The notes: generated from the letters alone by a model not told the origin. A DNA stretch of 62,779 nt, filler included, from Choristocarpus tenellus KU-1152 (GCA_964200185.2; 10 parts of 10 records of this genome joined end to end with filler, not necessarily neighbours in it); one strand, 5' to 3'. Numbered from the whole stretch's first letter, positions 39,051 to 52,060 are shown. Numbers and translations are program-made.

Positions 39051-39378
39051 CCATGAAACTGTGCTTCCGCATTCCTTTTCGAACCTCGCCGCAGGCGATG
39101 GGAAGGGCTTGGTACGACTTCGAATGGCCAGTCGTCATCTTTGAACCACGCATGTTCTTCAGTCTCCTCAGTACCCATGACACCGCAGGATCCAACCAAG
39201 AGCCTTCAAGTTGGATGGTGCGGTGTCCTGGGTACTGAGGAGACTGAAGAAAATATGCGGTTCAAAGAGGACAGCTGCTCATTTGAAGCCTTTCCAAGCA
39301 TTTCCCATTTACTATGTGGCGAGGTCTGTGAAGGAAGGTGGAAGTACATTTTAAAGTAACGCGAAAGACGTGTGGAAA
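39028..39378. repeat. Long imperfect palindrome (arms about 170 bp, 13-nt loop)
   Basis: 39155-39177 and 39229-39251 are perfect reverse complements over 23 bp; pairing extends imperfectly outwards and inwards. Confidence 0.85.
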
Positions 39379-39724
39379 ATAGGACAATAGTAAGGTGTAC
39401 CCTATATTGTTTATGTGAGATTATTGGGTTGGATTGAGTCTAAGTCATGTAAGTATTGAAATAGTATATTTTGGATTATGTATTGTATATTTAGTATGCA
39501 CTCTGACATTTTGAAGATGATGTGTGAGGGGTGAAAAAATTGAAACCTATACATATGTCAGTATAAGCTCAAAAGAAATAAAATATTATAATTCTAAGAA
39601 ACACTAAAAAACAGTGTAACTGTGAAAAACACTAATCTATTCGTTACTTCACCACTATCAATATTGTACTACTACTACTGCCTTCCTGTGCTTCCTATGT
39701 ACTTACTCCTGCGCCCTGGAGGGA

Positions 39725-40035
39725 GGAGCTAGGGATGCATCCTAAGAATCCAACAGACCCCTCTGTTCCCATCTCCCTGGTGACTCTAGTTTAAAGTTCA
39801 TCACATGTCTAGACAGTGCCACTTGCGAGTCAACGAGACAATTTGGCGTAGCCGGGATTTGATTACTTCTTTCCTGCAATATCCTCCAGCTTCTCTCCCC
39901 CACTATTATGTGGGTAACCAGCTCATCCAGGAAGCATTCCGCTTGCTTGCCGAGGCGCCCAAAACTTTCCACCGCGAAGGTGTTGAGGTTATAACTACAA
40001 GGAACGGAGCTTGCTTGGTATCGCAATTGATACAC
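39725..40035 (-). mobile_element. 3' fragment of a CRE-like non-LTR retrotransposon (REL endonuclease C-terminus)
   Basis: FAVESFGRLGKQAECFLDELVTHIIVG...QVALSRHV resembles the PFAVET.G..G..A..FL motif that ends CRE-clade ORFs. Confidence 0.65.
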
Positions 40036-40801
40036 TTTGATATAACTGTTAACTTACATCTCACACAAAAATAAGATTATGAAGGCAATAAGAAGACACC
40101 CCACAACGTCACTCTTGTTTTCAACCATGTAATCACGTTCATCAATCGGGAATGGTGTGAGGCTCCACACCTTCTTGTCTTCACTACTGATCGAATAGTA
40201 ATGCCTTCAAGGTCAAATGCACGACAAATGTCTACAGATTGTAGTGTAATTTACACTGGTCAAGATTATTTATTTGGAAATGCCCAAAAATGTCAAAAAG
40301 CAAAACCAAACGACCCTGAAAACCTGCGTGTAAGAGATGACTTATTAATAGTAGTTATTTCCTTTTTTGTTGCAATTTCCTACTTGGACCACTGAAATCA
40401 TCATTTATACTTTTTGTTGGGGGGGAATGAGACAGGCATTTGCTATGCATTCCTTTGTTCATGGATGGTGCAGGAGCCTTGAGCATATTCACTGACAACA
40501 TACACAAGACCAATCCTGAATTAAACTTTGCAACTCGTGGAATATCCACTCAAGGGTACAAACGTGAGTTTGGATGGTCAGGTGTGACATGGGAAAATCA
40601 GAACCAAGAACACTAGAGGGCCAATCTGATTTAGAACTCTTTTGAGATAGGGAATTGTTTTTCCTCTCTTTGATCATAAATGGTGGGGATATCTTAACCT
40701 TTTTCATTGTCAAGATACTCAAGGCCGATCCTGTATGTAACTTCGCAACCCATGGTCTAGTCATCCAAAGGTACCAAGGGTGCACTCAGAAAGTCAGGTG
40801 A

Positions 40802-41060
40802 GAGCCAAAATATCTTAGAGGGTAGAGTCGCGTCCATTTGGGGGTCAAAATCCAAAGTTGCGATTGTGATGTAATTTTGGCTATCGTGTTTACCAGGAAG
40901 TGTCAATAGCTATGTTTCGGACACACCTTTTCATAACGTATACATTTTACCTACTCCTAAAAATTTTGGAGTAGAAAAATGTCATAAAAAAACCATTGGA
41001 AGCCAAAGCCCTAAATGGACAAACAGGGGAAAACTCATACCCTCTAAGATACTTTCAATT
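40802..41060. mobile_element. MITE family A, full copy, 4-bp TSD GTGA
   Basis: Both TIRs; GTGA at 40798-40801 and 41061-41064. Confidence 0.9.
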
Positions 41061-41894
41061 GTGAGACATGTGAAGATCGGAACTGGGACCCTTTCAGGCC
41101 AAGTCAGAGATGGATGCTTCGTCATTCTTGAACCAGACCCCCAGAAGGGACAAGTATATAATCTGATTGGATCAGATGTGAGCTGACTCTGAACGTATCC
41201 TGTGACTTTCAAATGGAAACCCCTAATAGGAAGAAAGGTAAGCTCGATCATAGATTAGAGGTAATCGTGCAAATCGGAACTGGGGACCCTTTTTGTGAAG
41301 TCGGAGATTGTATTGTTGGCAACATTTGAATCAGAGAGAAAATTGTATACTCTGATTACGTCAAGTGCAGGGAACAAACGTTACAAACAAAAACGAAACA
41401 AAGGGGTGACAACTAACAATTGTGAACAAAATAAAAATATATTACCCCTAATTCTTTCCCACTAACTCTCAGTGATGCCAGCAACTCCAACCTTTCAAGA
41501 TAATTTGGGACCACAGCCATTTAAGGTTTCATATGAAGTTATCAAGACACTATAGTGTGTCTTTTCATTTCATGCATGGACAACCCATGCAAATTATTGT
41601 CAATAAGCACATGCCGATCCTAAAACAGATGAAGAGTATTCCAGAGAGAAACTTGCCAAAAACATTTTTCCAGCAACCTGTTGTAAGAGTAGCACAACCA
41701 GGACAAACCTATACTATAACGATCAGAGAAAACACCACACAGTATCGTCGCAATCTAGACAGAAAGGACATCGTATGCCTGGAGTCAGTGCTGAACACTG
41801 AAACAAAAACCAGGTACCCCAGAAAGGTTGGAGAAGAAGAGATAATATGTACCTACCACCAGGACTGAACCGAAGAAAAATCTATTGATAGAAC

Positions 41895-42640
41895 ATGTGT
41901 AAGGAGGGTGTGCATCAAGTATGCAAGCATATGTTGCACATCACTCAGATCGCAAATGGAAAGTCAAGGCATTTAGGCTCTATAATATTATACACCAACA
42001 CACACATACACCACTGCACGTACCACCTAAACACTGCTTGAGATCAAATGCTGTCATGTATAATACACCAATAGGCGTAGACACTACGTGCCTGCATCAC
42101 CCGCCCCAATCGTTCTAGCCGTATCAGTTGCAATAAGATCCATAATATCTGCCCCTTGAGAACACCTCCAGCTTAACGTCATAGGTAAAGATGGGCACAA
42201 ACAGACGAGACATATGAACTACGCCTGATACACGTGAGAGAGGCCAGATACCAGTGTCAAATGTTTCAGGTCTTAGAGTTTGCCACACTCATTTGGGATA
42301 TAACCTATGTAAGGAGGTTGTGCATTGAATGGGTAAGGATATGTTGCACATCACTCAAGTTGCAATTGGAGAGGCTTGACGTTTAGGCTTCAAGAGTTGA
42401 TACATCCACACACACATCAAGTGCCAGCTCCACAGCAACACTACTCCACATGCATGCTGTCATGCGTGAAACACCAGTAAGCATAGACAATGTACGCCTG
42501 CGCAACCTCCACCAGTCATTCTGGCCTCCACAGAGAGAAAATACAAGCTGCGCGTGTTTAAAATAATAATACAATATGCTTTTGAGAATACCTTCAACTT
42601 CATATCACAGGAGAAAGTGGACGCAAAAATAAACATGCAG
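41895..42640. repeat. Diverged tandem duplication, period about 410 bp
   Basis: TGTAAGGAGG..GTGCAT...ATATGTTGCACATCACTCA and ATGCTGTCATG...ACACCA.TA.GC.TAGACA occur twice. Confidence 0.65.
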
Positions 42641-44150
42641 AACGCTTTGAGTGGTGAAAAGTGATGTAACTGCTTAGTTACGTGGTGAAAGCTTATTCAT
42701 TGCTGTCATGACTGTTTACATGTTTGTGACACTTGGAAAATTCTGTTCTTCAAGGTGCTACACAGGGCGCTGTTCTACAGGGTGGTTGCATGTTTTTGTG
42801 GACAGTTAACAAGTTTGAGATGTCACATGCCAGTACCACAAACTACAAAGGAAAATAGAAATCCTTTTATCGTTCATCTTCATCGTAAGTAGTTGGAAAA
42901 ATAGATAAAAACATAAAAAATATGTAGTCCTTGGTTTCACACAGAATGTTCCACTTCTTTGCTATTTCTTTGACCAACACACATCAACTTTTTCTTTATA
43001 TATCTAACTTCACCTTCTTGTATTTTGCTTGGCTGTTTTTCTTCTGTTTAGGTGTGAGGTATTTGGTACTTGATATTTGAAGATTCTTGCCACCCCTTTT
43101 AACTCTAGGATTTGGCATGTAAGGCAAACTGATGCCAAGTGTGTGGCTTCAAGCCCTCTGGGAATGAATCAAAACACTACTTTTTTAATTTCTTGTTCTT
43201 TATGATCCATCATATGTATCTACCTTCACCCCTCTTCTACTAGAGAGACTGTTGTAGAGGAAATATTAATGGACACAAGAGAGTGGAAACTAAGACTTCA
43301 TGGAAGATGGGCAATACGTAAAACTTGTCTCTGCTGAACTTCTTCGCTAGTGGCGTTGAGATATACCATGGTACTGGAATGTGCGTGTCTATGCCTTGTT
43401 TATTTCATCCTCAGATGTATTTTCCTTTTTTTGTATCTTGTATTGGAGTGAGTTGAAGCAGCGATGGGTGGACCTTGGACCAGTTATTTTTTGTAGAAAT
43501 GAGATGTTGATAGTGGTGGTGGTGCTTTATGTACACCTGATGGCTAAAACATTATTGCTGTATCCACGTCTGGAATATTTAATTTGTATCTATTTTTTGT
43601 GTAATTTGCCACATTTGTTCCATCTGTTGCTTTTTTTGTGGCTTGCAATATCTGACCACAAGTCTGAGAAGACTAAGTTAATGTTTGAAATAGTGCTTGC
43701 TTGAACATTGCCCTCTACCTGCCAAATATAGCGTGTAATGGTCGAAATCAAGGTCGTGAAGCTCTGGAAAGTTTGCCGAACCTAGTTATAATTTTAACAG
43801 AGCTCCACATTCTCGATCCTATATACTTTGGGGTATTTCTTGCTTAGTTTGCAAGTTGGCATCACCCTGCTGGACAAAGATATGATTGTGTGTGCCCCAA
43901 CGTACATCAGAATTGACATGTTGGAGAGCATTTGTTCTCCAGAGGTCTGAAATCGTTCGTGGCATTGTATGACGTGTCTATGAGTTGGCATCAGATCCAC
44001 TTTTTGTCTCGCTTTTCTGGAGGTTGCTCGCCATCAGGAAATTGCAAATAAAAAATCCTTTGCAATGATCATCCTGGTATCTTGCGAAATATGGAAACTA
44101 ATCGTTGACTGGACACACTATAGTCCTTATGCGGATGTCAACTTCAACAT

Positions 44151-44331
44151 GGCTTAAAGTATCTGGGGAAGGGGGTGGCGGCTGTCCATTTGGGGTAAAG
44201 TTTTTCATGTCGTGATTTTTGTGTGATGTGGTTGCATACGTCGGATGTGTAATGTAAATGCACTTTTCCTAATTTTGGGGCAAATGGACACCCTGGTGTA
44301 GACTCCCCCCCCCCCCCAGATACTTTGGATC
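44151..44331. mobile_element. MITE family B, full copy, 4-bp TSD ACAT
   Basis: GGCTTAAAGTATCTGGGG ... CCCCAGATACTTTGGATC; ACAT on both flanks. Confidence 0.9.
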
Positions 44332-44714
44332 ACATCCTAGTCACCCTTCCAGTACTGAAGAGTAGGGAAGAGCAGGATAGGTATGCGATAGGTATGCATC
44401 CCGAGTGTATGTGACATTTAATCATTTTCCTAGAATGACACGACGTATTTTTGAAGCTATCGTCGCTTCTGCTGACATTTCTACACTACTGGATGAGGAC
44501 TATTTGATCAGCATCGAGAGATAAGGGGTACGGCCATTCTTCAAAATAAGGAATAATCTTCTACATCAGTGAAAGAACTCCCATAATTGTGGAGAGTTGC
44601 CCAGGGTGGCGCCTTGAGTAACGTATTCGGCATTTTCAAAGATTGGACCGGCTACGAGGAACTTAAATATATTGAAGAAAGGTACATGAACGGTAAGGAA
44701 CCAAGATGGACTGT

Positions 44715-45163
44715 TACGGGCGAATAGCGCGAGCATTTCTTCTTGTGTTCTAACAAATGCGAGCATATGTTACACGCGAATAGCGCGAACATTTCTTCTC
44801 ATGTTTTAGCAAACACGAATATTTGTGACAGGTGAATAGTGGGAGCATTGTTTCTCGCGTTCTAACAAGTGCGAACAATATACGAGGTTAGTAACACGTA
44901 GGTAGCCTTAAAGAATAAATGCTGATTTCGTAGAAGATACAGAGTAAAATTCGTAATGCATACGTAACATTACAGAAGAAAACGTCAAAGTGTCTAAGAA
45001 GTTGAAGAATAAAGGTGTATGATTGGAGTACGTATAGAGCAGTTGCATAGAAGACCAAAGAAATTGTGTGGATGATGAAAATAATAAGAGGGCTTTTGGT
45101 CAAATCCTTTACCCCTCTTAAATCAATCTTTTATCTTGAACGAAACATTGAGTCGAGCTTTGA
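44715..45163 (-). repeat. Inverted copy of 33465-33860, including about three diverged 56-bp tandem units
   Basis: GCGAATAGCGCGAGCATTTCTTCT...TCTAACAA unit repeated at 44720-44880. Confidence 0.75.
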
Positions 45164-45263
45164 NNNNNNNNNNNNNNNNNNNNNNNNNNNNNNNNNNNNN
45201 NNNNNNNTTAATTAATTAANNNNNNNNNNNNNNNNNNNNNNNNNNNNNNNNNNNNNNNNNNNN

Positions 45264-45395
45264 GGGCCATAACCAGGAAAAGTGCACCTACATTATCCAT
45301 CCGACGTATGCAACCAAATCACCCAAAAATCGCGACATGAAAAAATTTACCCCAAAAGGACAGCTGCCACCCCCCCCCCCCAGCTACTTTGGGTC
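45264..45395. mobile_element. MITE family B, truncated by contig start
   Basis: Internal match plus CCCCAGCTACTTTGGGTC end. Confidence 0.8.
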
Positions 45396-46607
45396 TGAAA
45401 CCGCCATCAAGACATATCGCCTGTAACATACCCATAACCTCTTCAATGCGATAAACAGGCGATTGGACAAGGAAATATAATGTCACTCCTTGTCCTATCA
45501 TGACCGTAGCAGCAATGAAATGAAAGTCACTTCCATCTCCTAACATATCAGTAGGCAGCGTTGAAGATCCAGTGGAGGAGGAAACCTGGAGGGAAAAAAC
45601 CCTATGCAGCAAGAATTCACGGGTCAGTGCGAGGACAACCAAGCAAAGAGCGAGCAGAGTCCTTTGTAGTGCATAGGAAAATGAGCTATGAGATATTGCC
45701 AGGAGTATTATCGTCTCTCATGTTTTTGGAGGATGGCATCGCCATAATAGTTTGATGGTGATGTGTGTAATTTGTGTATTTTTACTTAGTTATTGCGACC
45801 TATTTTGTGCGACGAGATGACAAGTGCATTGAGAAGATGCAAACAGATGGGGGGGATATGAATCAGTTCTCATTGAAATTTCATCGTAATTGAGCTGTTA
45901 ACTTGGGTTGGAACAACTTAAGTGAGACAGAAACACAATAAGAATAAGACGCAAGGATGGAGGGGATCGACCCAAGATTGAACTGAAGCCCTTTGTCCTG
46001 GTTCCATTGTACTAAGTGCATATAAAAAAACAGATGTAAGTAAATAATACGAGTATCGTGCAAATATTAATGGAGTATGACAAAATCGCATTTCCATATG
46101 AATTTCATCACCACTTTGGTCCGTTCGTATGGGTAGGATTAAGTTACATTATGGATGGCAGCAGGTGAGGCACAAATACAGAAAGAATGTGCGCGGAAGT
46201 GGGGGATTAAACGAAAGTGGATTGCAGTCCTTTGCTCTGATCCTATCAAGTGTAGTGCGTGGAAAATACGGATGTTTAATTGGATAGGTTAATTTATGTA
46301 GCATTAGATAGTGCTTAAAAAAACTGTTAGCCTCTAAGATATTGAGGTGTATTGTCACACGTGATATGTCTTGATGGCGGTTCATAAACACCATCATGAC
46401 ATTGAAGTTCTAGATTTGATATATTTGTACTTCTTGACTATATATTTATTTACTATTTGGTCATTATGGTCCCCAATTGTGATTAGACATCGTTGATCAG
46501 TTCCTTTTATATATATATGATGATATTGACGATAATCCGAGTGAGAGATCCAACATACTTGACGACTTGTACATCAGGAGTCCTATACGTACATCAGCAT
46601 CATCTAT

Positions 46608-46867
46608 GAGTCGAAGTATCTTGGAGGGTACGAGTTTTGCCCTGTTTATCCATTTGGGGCTTGGCTTACATCATGGAGTTTTTCATTACATTTTCCTACT
46701 CCAAAATGTTTCGGAGTAGGTAATATATGTACGTTATGAAAAGGTGTGTCCGGAGCGAGAATATGAACACTTCCCAACAAATACGATAACCAGAACTACA
46801 TCAAAATCGCAACATTGGAGTTTTGCCCCCAAATGAACGCGCCCTACCCTCTAAGATACTTTGCCTC
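46608..46867. mobile_element. MITE family A, full copy
   Basis: GAGTCGAAGTATCTTGGAGGGTA ... TACCCTCTAAGATACTTTGCCTC. Confidence 0.9.
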
Positions 46868-47329
46868 TATAAGACCATAGATTGGAGCTATACATCCTGT
46901 GGAGGTGAGCTCTGAGGGGCGCCTGTGACATGGAGGTCTAACCGAGACTGAAGGTCCTATCGCCTCTCTTCAAACTGGAAGGAATACTCATTTGTTCACC
47001 TCGACATTTAGGATTCCTTGCTTGTTCTACCTGGATTATTTTCTTGTTCCACCTGGGTTTGTGGTCATCATTCGTTCTCTACGGGATTCCCTCCTTGGGC
47101 TCGTCGTCTTCATAGGTCTAAGGGCTTCTGTGGCTCTGAGGGAATCGCCCCTCTCTAGCTGTAAAAAGAGTGGCCTCCGATCGCCACATCATCAACCTAT
47201 AGTCATAAATGAGTGGTTTTCGACCGCCATAGTATAAACATTGCCTAAGTAGTTCTTCCTTGCCATTCTTACACTCACATTCCCGATCTGTTTTTCGTGT
47301 ATCACACTGTTCTTTTATCCCATAGGTTT

Positions 47330-47500
47330 AGTCGGAACTGGGTTCCTAGGTCGCAAAAAAACTGGCAGAGTCGGAAAGGAGTCGGAACTGGAGTCCCTAG
47401 GTCGCAAAAAAAACTAGCAGAGTGGGAACGGAGTCGGAACTGGAGTCCCTAGGTTGCAAAAAAAACTGGCAAGAGTCGGAACTGGAGTCCCTAAGTCGCC
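47330..47500 (+). repeat. Tandem repeat, unit about 42-52 bp (GAGTCGGAACTGGAGTCCCTAGGTCGCAAAAAAAACTGGCA), about 3.5 copies
   Basis: Seen directly. Confidence 0.85.
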
Positions 47501-48295
47501 ATGTGGCAATTAATACATGCTGCCGCACCACGATTCGGGGTTGATAGATGATATTTATTGTCCTGACCTGTGATAATCGCCTGTGGTAAGCGTGAAGCAT
47601 GTATTCCTAGTTCACGCTGGGGGGCATGTTACAGGCAAATAGCATGTCTCCCTTTTCGCATTCCAACCAGTGTGAGTAGCCTTGTTATGACATTTACTAT
47701 CTTATGTAATATGTAGACATTTTTGTTTGTATTTAAGACATGATTCCTATCTTCTATTGTTTGTGTTTGTAGTTCTGAAGGGGGAGGGAAGAGTCTATGA
47801 CAACACCCTATTTCAGTACTATTGTCATTTTGCATCCATATTCATTTGTGTTGATATTTGTGAGGAGGGAGAGTCTTACTATGACACTCCCTATTATTTG
47901 TATGTGTCTCTTTGTTGTATGTTCTTGTTTGTGGGTAGAGCAAGCCTTTTTATGGCAGGACCTTGTTTTTGTTTGTGACTGTGAGACATCTTGGTGTCCA
48001 ATAATTTGTGTTTATAGCTGTGAAGGGGGGCAGTCTAAGCAGTACCCTAAATCATGCTATTGTAATTTTGTTACTGTATTCATTTTTGCTGATAGTTGTG
48101 AAGAGGGAGAGACTTGCTGAGATCCTCTCTAATGTTATTTTTTGTGGTATTTATTCATAGTTCATAGCAAGGGTAAGCCTTTCCATGACAGCACCNNNNN
48201 NNNNNNNNNNNNNNNNNNNNNNNNNNNNNNNNNNNNNNNTTAATTAATTAANNNNNNNNNNNNNNNNNNNNNNNNNNNNNNNNNNNNNNNNNNNN

Positions 48296-51200
48296 CTGAT
48301 CGCCAGGGCTCATCGCGGGCGTTCCTGGCCATAAACATGTCTGTAGGGGAAGACGTGTACAACAGGATGGTCGAGGCAGCGCTCCTGTCCTCATCTCAAG
48401 ATCTGTCCAAGACCATCAGCCTACTGTGCGACTTGGGTGCAAATGTGCACCTTACCCGCCGACTGCAGGGCCTCACTGCAGCAATAGCTATCACCCGCAC
48501 CTGCACCATTGGAAAAAAACTGGACGCATGAGCAACCGGTAAGATGGTCTTGGAAGAAATTGACGAGACGGGCACACCGATCACAATTGTTCTCCAGGAT
48601 GTGTTCTAGGTACCACCGTGCAGGCTTTTCAGCACAGGCAGTGCGCGGCGCAAAGGAGGTGAGTTCGTGGACTCAGGGATCAGGAGGAGCTACATCCAGC
48701 CCAACAAGAAGGCAGCCAAAATCCATTTGGAGAAGACAGCCTTCCTGATGCTGCGGGCCCAGTTTCAGGTAAAAAAGGGGAAGAAGGGTCAGGCAACGGT
48801 CAATGCTAGCTACGCCAATAAGAAGCAGCGTCTCTCCCTCTCCGACTGGCGCAACATCGCGATTAAGCACCTTGAGAAGCGCGACCTCCTGGACATCGCA
48901 GATGCTACACTCGCCTCAGAGCTCCACTGCCAGGTATGTAAGGAGTGCAAGTCCGAGGCACTCAGTTACGTACGGGACGGCCGAAGTCTCAAGATAGTGG
49001 TGGAGGTGGTGCACACAGACCTGGAGGGAACCTTCGACCCAGACGTGACGGGCATGAAGTACTTTCAGGTGTTCGTGGACGAGGCCAGCAGGGAGAAGCG
49101 CGTGATGGGTCTGCGTACCAAAGACGCCGCTACGGCGGCTACAGCCGCCTACATCGACAAAATGACTCGAGAAGGGTTGGTGGCGAGGTGCATCAGTGGG
49201 GAAGGCGCTGGCGAGTTCGGGAGGAGCGTAAGGTTCCAGCGCATGCTGACAGAGCGGTGCGTGAAATGGCGCAAGCCCCCCACACACGCCCGAAGGCAAT
49301 AGGATTGCTGAGCGGGCAATCAAACAGGTGATGCAAGCGACACGAAGTCAGCTGATCCAGGCTGAACTGGAGGAAGAGTTATGATTCTTTGCATGCCACA
49401 CGAGTAACAGGGCAGCGAGACACCATGCGAGCGCCTGACCAGCAAGCCATGCAACTACAAGCGACTTCGTGTGTTCGGGACGGAGTACTTGGTGCATCAG
49501 ACCAAGCAACAGCGCGACGCTAACGCCAACTTCCACCCATACGCAAAGCGGGGGATCTTCGTAGAGCACGACAAGGCGTGACTGTGCTGGCACGTGTGGA
49601 TCCCGCAGGAAGGTAAGCTGGTGAACTATGCACAAGTGAAGTTCCAACTTCAACCTAAACTGCTGGAATTGGTGGGGGAGCCAGAGCTCGACATACTGAG
49701 GGAGTCGGAGCAGGTGGACGACATGAACGTCGATGGCGAAGGCGAAGAGGAGGCTTCCACAACAGGGAGCGAGGCACACACGACTGGGCATGCGAGCGGA
49801 AACATTGGGCGTGGGGCTCAAGATGCAAAGCGCTCAGCACCCCATCAAAGCCAAGAGATTTCTCCCAAGATGGGACAACGGCAGCGCATGGATAGGGCAG
49901 CGCAGATAGTGGTCAAGTGCCTGGCCCCACACTACAGCGGGCTTCTTCCCGGATGGAGCAGCGCCAGGCGGTGGACTACACATCCTAGCTATACGACCTC
50001 GAAGGGAGTGAGGAAACGGATATGAACTACTTCGTGTCAACCCTCATACAGCAGAACAACAACGACGTGTACTGCCTTATGGGTCTCATGGGGGAGGTGG
50101 CAACAGGTGCAGACGAGCCGTCTACAACAAAGAAGACCTTGAGTGCGCCCGATGCAGAGCAGTGGTAGGAGGTCACGAAGAAGGAAATAACAGGGCAATG
50201 GCAGAAGGAGACGTTTGGTGATAAGGCCCTGCCCCAAGGGAAGAAGGAAGGCGATCAAGACGTGATTCACCTTCAAAATCAAGCGATCCGCGGACATGAC
50301 AGTGGAATGCCATAAGGTGCGACTCTTGGCCCACGGCTTCACCCAAGACGCAGGTGTGGACTTCTTCGAAACCTTGAGTCTGGTGGTGGTGTATAACACA
50401 CTACGGGACGTTATACCAGTCGCAGGGTACAGAGGGTAGAGCATCGACGCCCTGGACTTCACACAGGCCTACATAAACGCAGACCTGCAGGAGGACGTCT
50501 GGCTGGAGCTTCCGGACGGTCGCACCGTCAAGGCAGAGAAGGTCATTTATGGGCTGAATCAGTGTAGTGGTATCACGAGCTACGTGGCACCACCCTGGCA
50601 GAGGGGTGGACAAGCAGCCAACACGACGAGTGCCTCTACTTCAGGAAGAGTGAAGACCGACGCATCGCCATCCTCACCACCTACGTGAACGACACACTGC
50701 CACCACTAGGGACTTCACGGACGCGATCCAGCGGATGAGGGCATCGCTGCTGGAGAAGTACGAGGGGCGGGACCTTGGCACGCCGGACAAGCTGGTTGGG
50801 GTGGGCATCACTGTGGGTGCGGACGGCATCACCCTGGACTAACAGCTATACCTGGAAAGCATTGTCATGGCCGGGATGGGCTCCACGGAAATGTGGTAAA
50901 CATCTGCACCACTGGACCCCGGCAAGGACCTCTCTGCCAGGCACGACAACGAGGAGGAACTGAATTTCACCATTAACCCCTACTCCAGCATCCTCGGCCA
51001 ACTCATGTTTCTAGCAGGCATGACTCGCCTGGACCTCGCCAACAGCGTTTGTTATCTAGGGCTCAGGGTGGTGTCTCCATGCATGTGGCACTGGCGTGGA
51101 CTGCAACATGTTCTGCGCTACGTAGTAGGGACACTGGACGTCTGCATTCACTATGGTCAGGGGACTAAAGATATGAACGGAGGGGACGGAGAGCTCTTGG

Positions 51201-52060
51201 TGGGGTATGGAGATTCCGACTGGGGCACCGACTCTCAAACACGCAAGAGTGTCACAGGTTGCCTACTATTGATCAACGGATTGCCGATCGCCTGGGGCTC
51301 CAAGCTTCAAGGTGCCGTCGTCACCCTCTCCAGTTCGGAGGCAAAGTGGACGGCAATGGCATACGGCATGCGCCACTGCATTTTCCTTCAAGGCATTCTG
51401 GGGGAGATCGGCGTACTGAAGGACCCAGACTCCCTCCCTGGTTCTGTAACAACTGTGGTGCTATCCAGGCGGGCAGCATCAAAGGTTTCAACGAGAGAAT
51501 GAAGCACATGGACAAAAAGCTCAAGTGCACCAGAGAGTATGAGGACCAGGGTCTGTTCCACGTAGAATACGTTCCAACATCAAAACAACTGGCCGTCATT
51601 TAGACCAAGTCTTTGTGCAAGGTCGTTACTTCTGATTTTTTGCATTCCGTGCATTCGCGTCGGGGGTGAGCTTTTGTGAGCAACATTGCTGCACGCTCAT
51701 GGGGAGTGTGCAATATAGGCTGGTAGTCTTTAGATTTCTTACGTGTTTGGTACCCAGTATCATGTAACATAAATGTCGACTGAGTGGCTTAATTATCAAT
51801 CACTCGTCTCCGCACACGCTTATTAGTAGGCATCTCTGGAGTAGGTACGAATCTCGATGGTTTGATTGTCGTTATTACTGCTTAATTTAAGTGCCTGACG
51901 TAGTGCGACTGACACAGACACGTTCTGACGTGCGTGCTGACATGCGCAATAGACCACGAGGCAGAATACCCCTCCATGTAGAGGATTGGGCTCACTCCGC
52001 TAATAAAGTAATTCATACCATATAAAGTAAAAAACTCTATTTGAACACCTCTTTTGCACA
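48296..52060 (+). mobile_element. Ty1/Copia LTR retrotransposon, degenerate, 5'-truncated by contig start
   Basis: Order is gag-like region, integrase (VVHTDLEG, YFQVFVDEASR, GAGEF, IAERAIKQV), RT (RLLAHGFTQDAGVDFFET, LDFTQAYINADLQEDVWLELPDG, IYGL, TYVND), RNase H (VGYGDSDWG...RKSVTG, SSSEA, KHMD, VEYVPT), PPT GGGGAG, LTR. Confidence 0.92.
51707..52060 (+). repeat. Copia 3' LTR (354 bp)
   Basis: Begins TGTGCAA directly after the PPT and ends TTGCACA; second copy at about 56770-57046 on minus. Confidence 0.8.

Noticed and set aside
47330-47500. Repeat-spacer-like pattern
   Set aside because: The intervening sequence is itself repeated; a simple minisatellite
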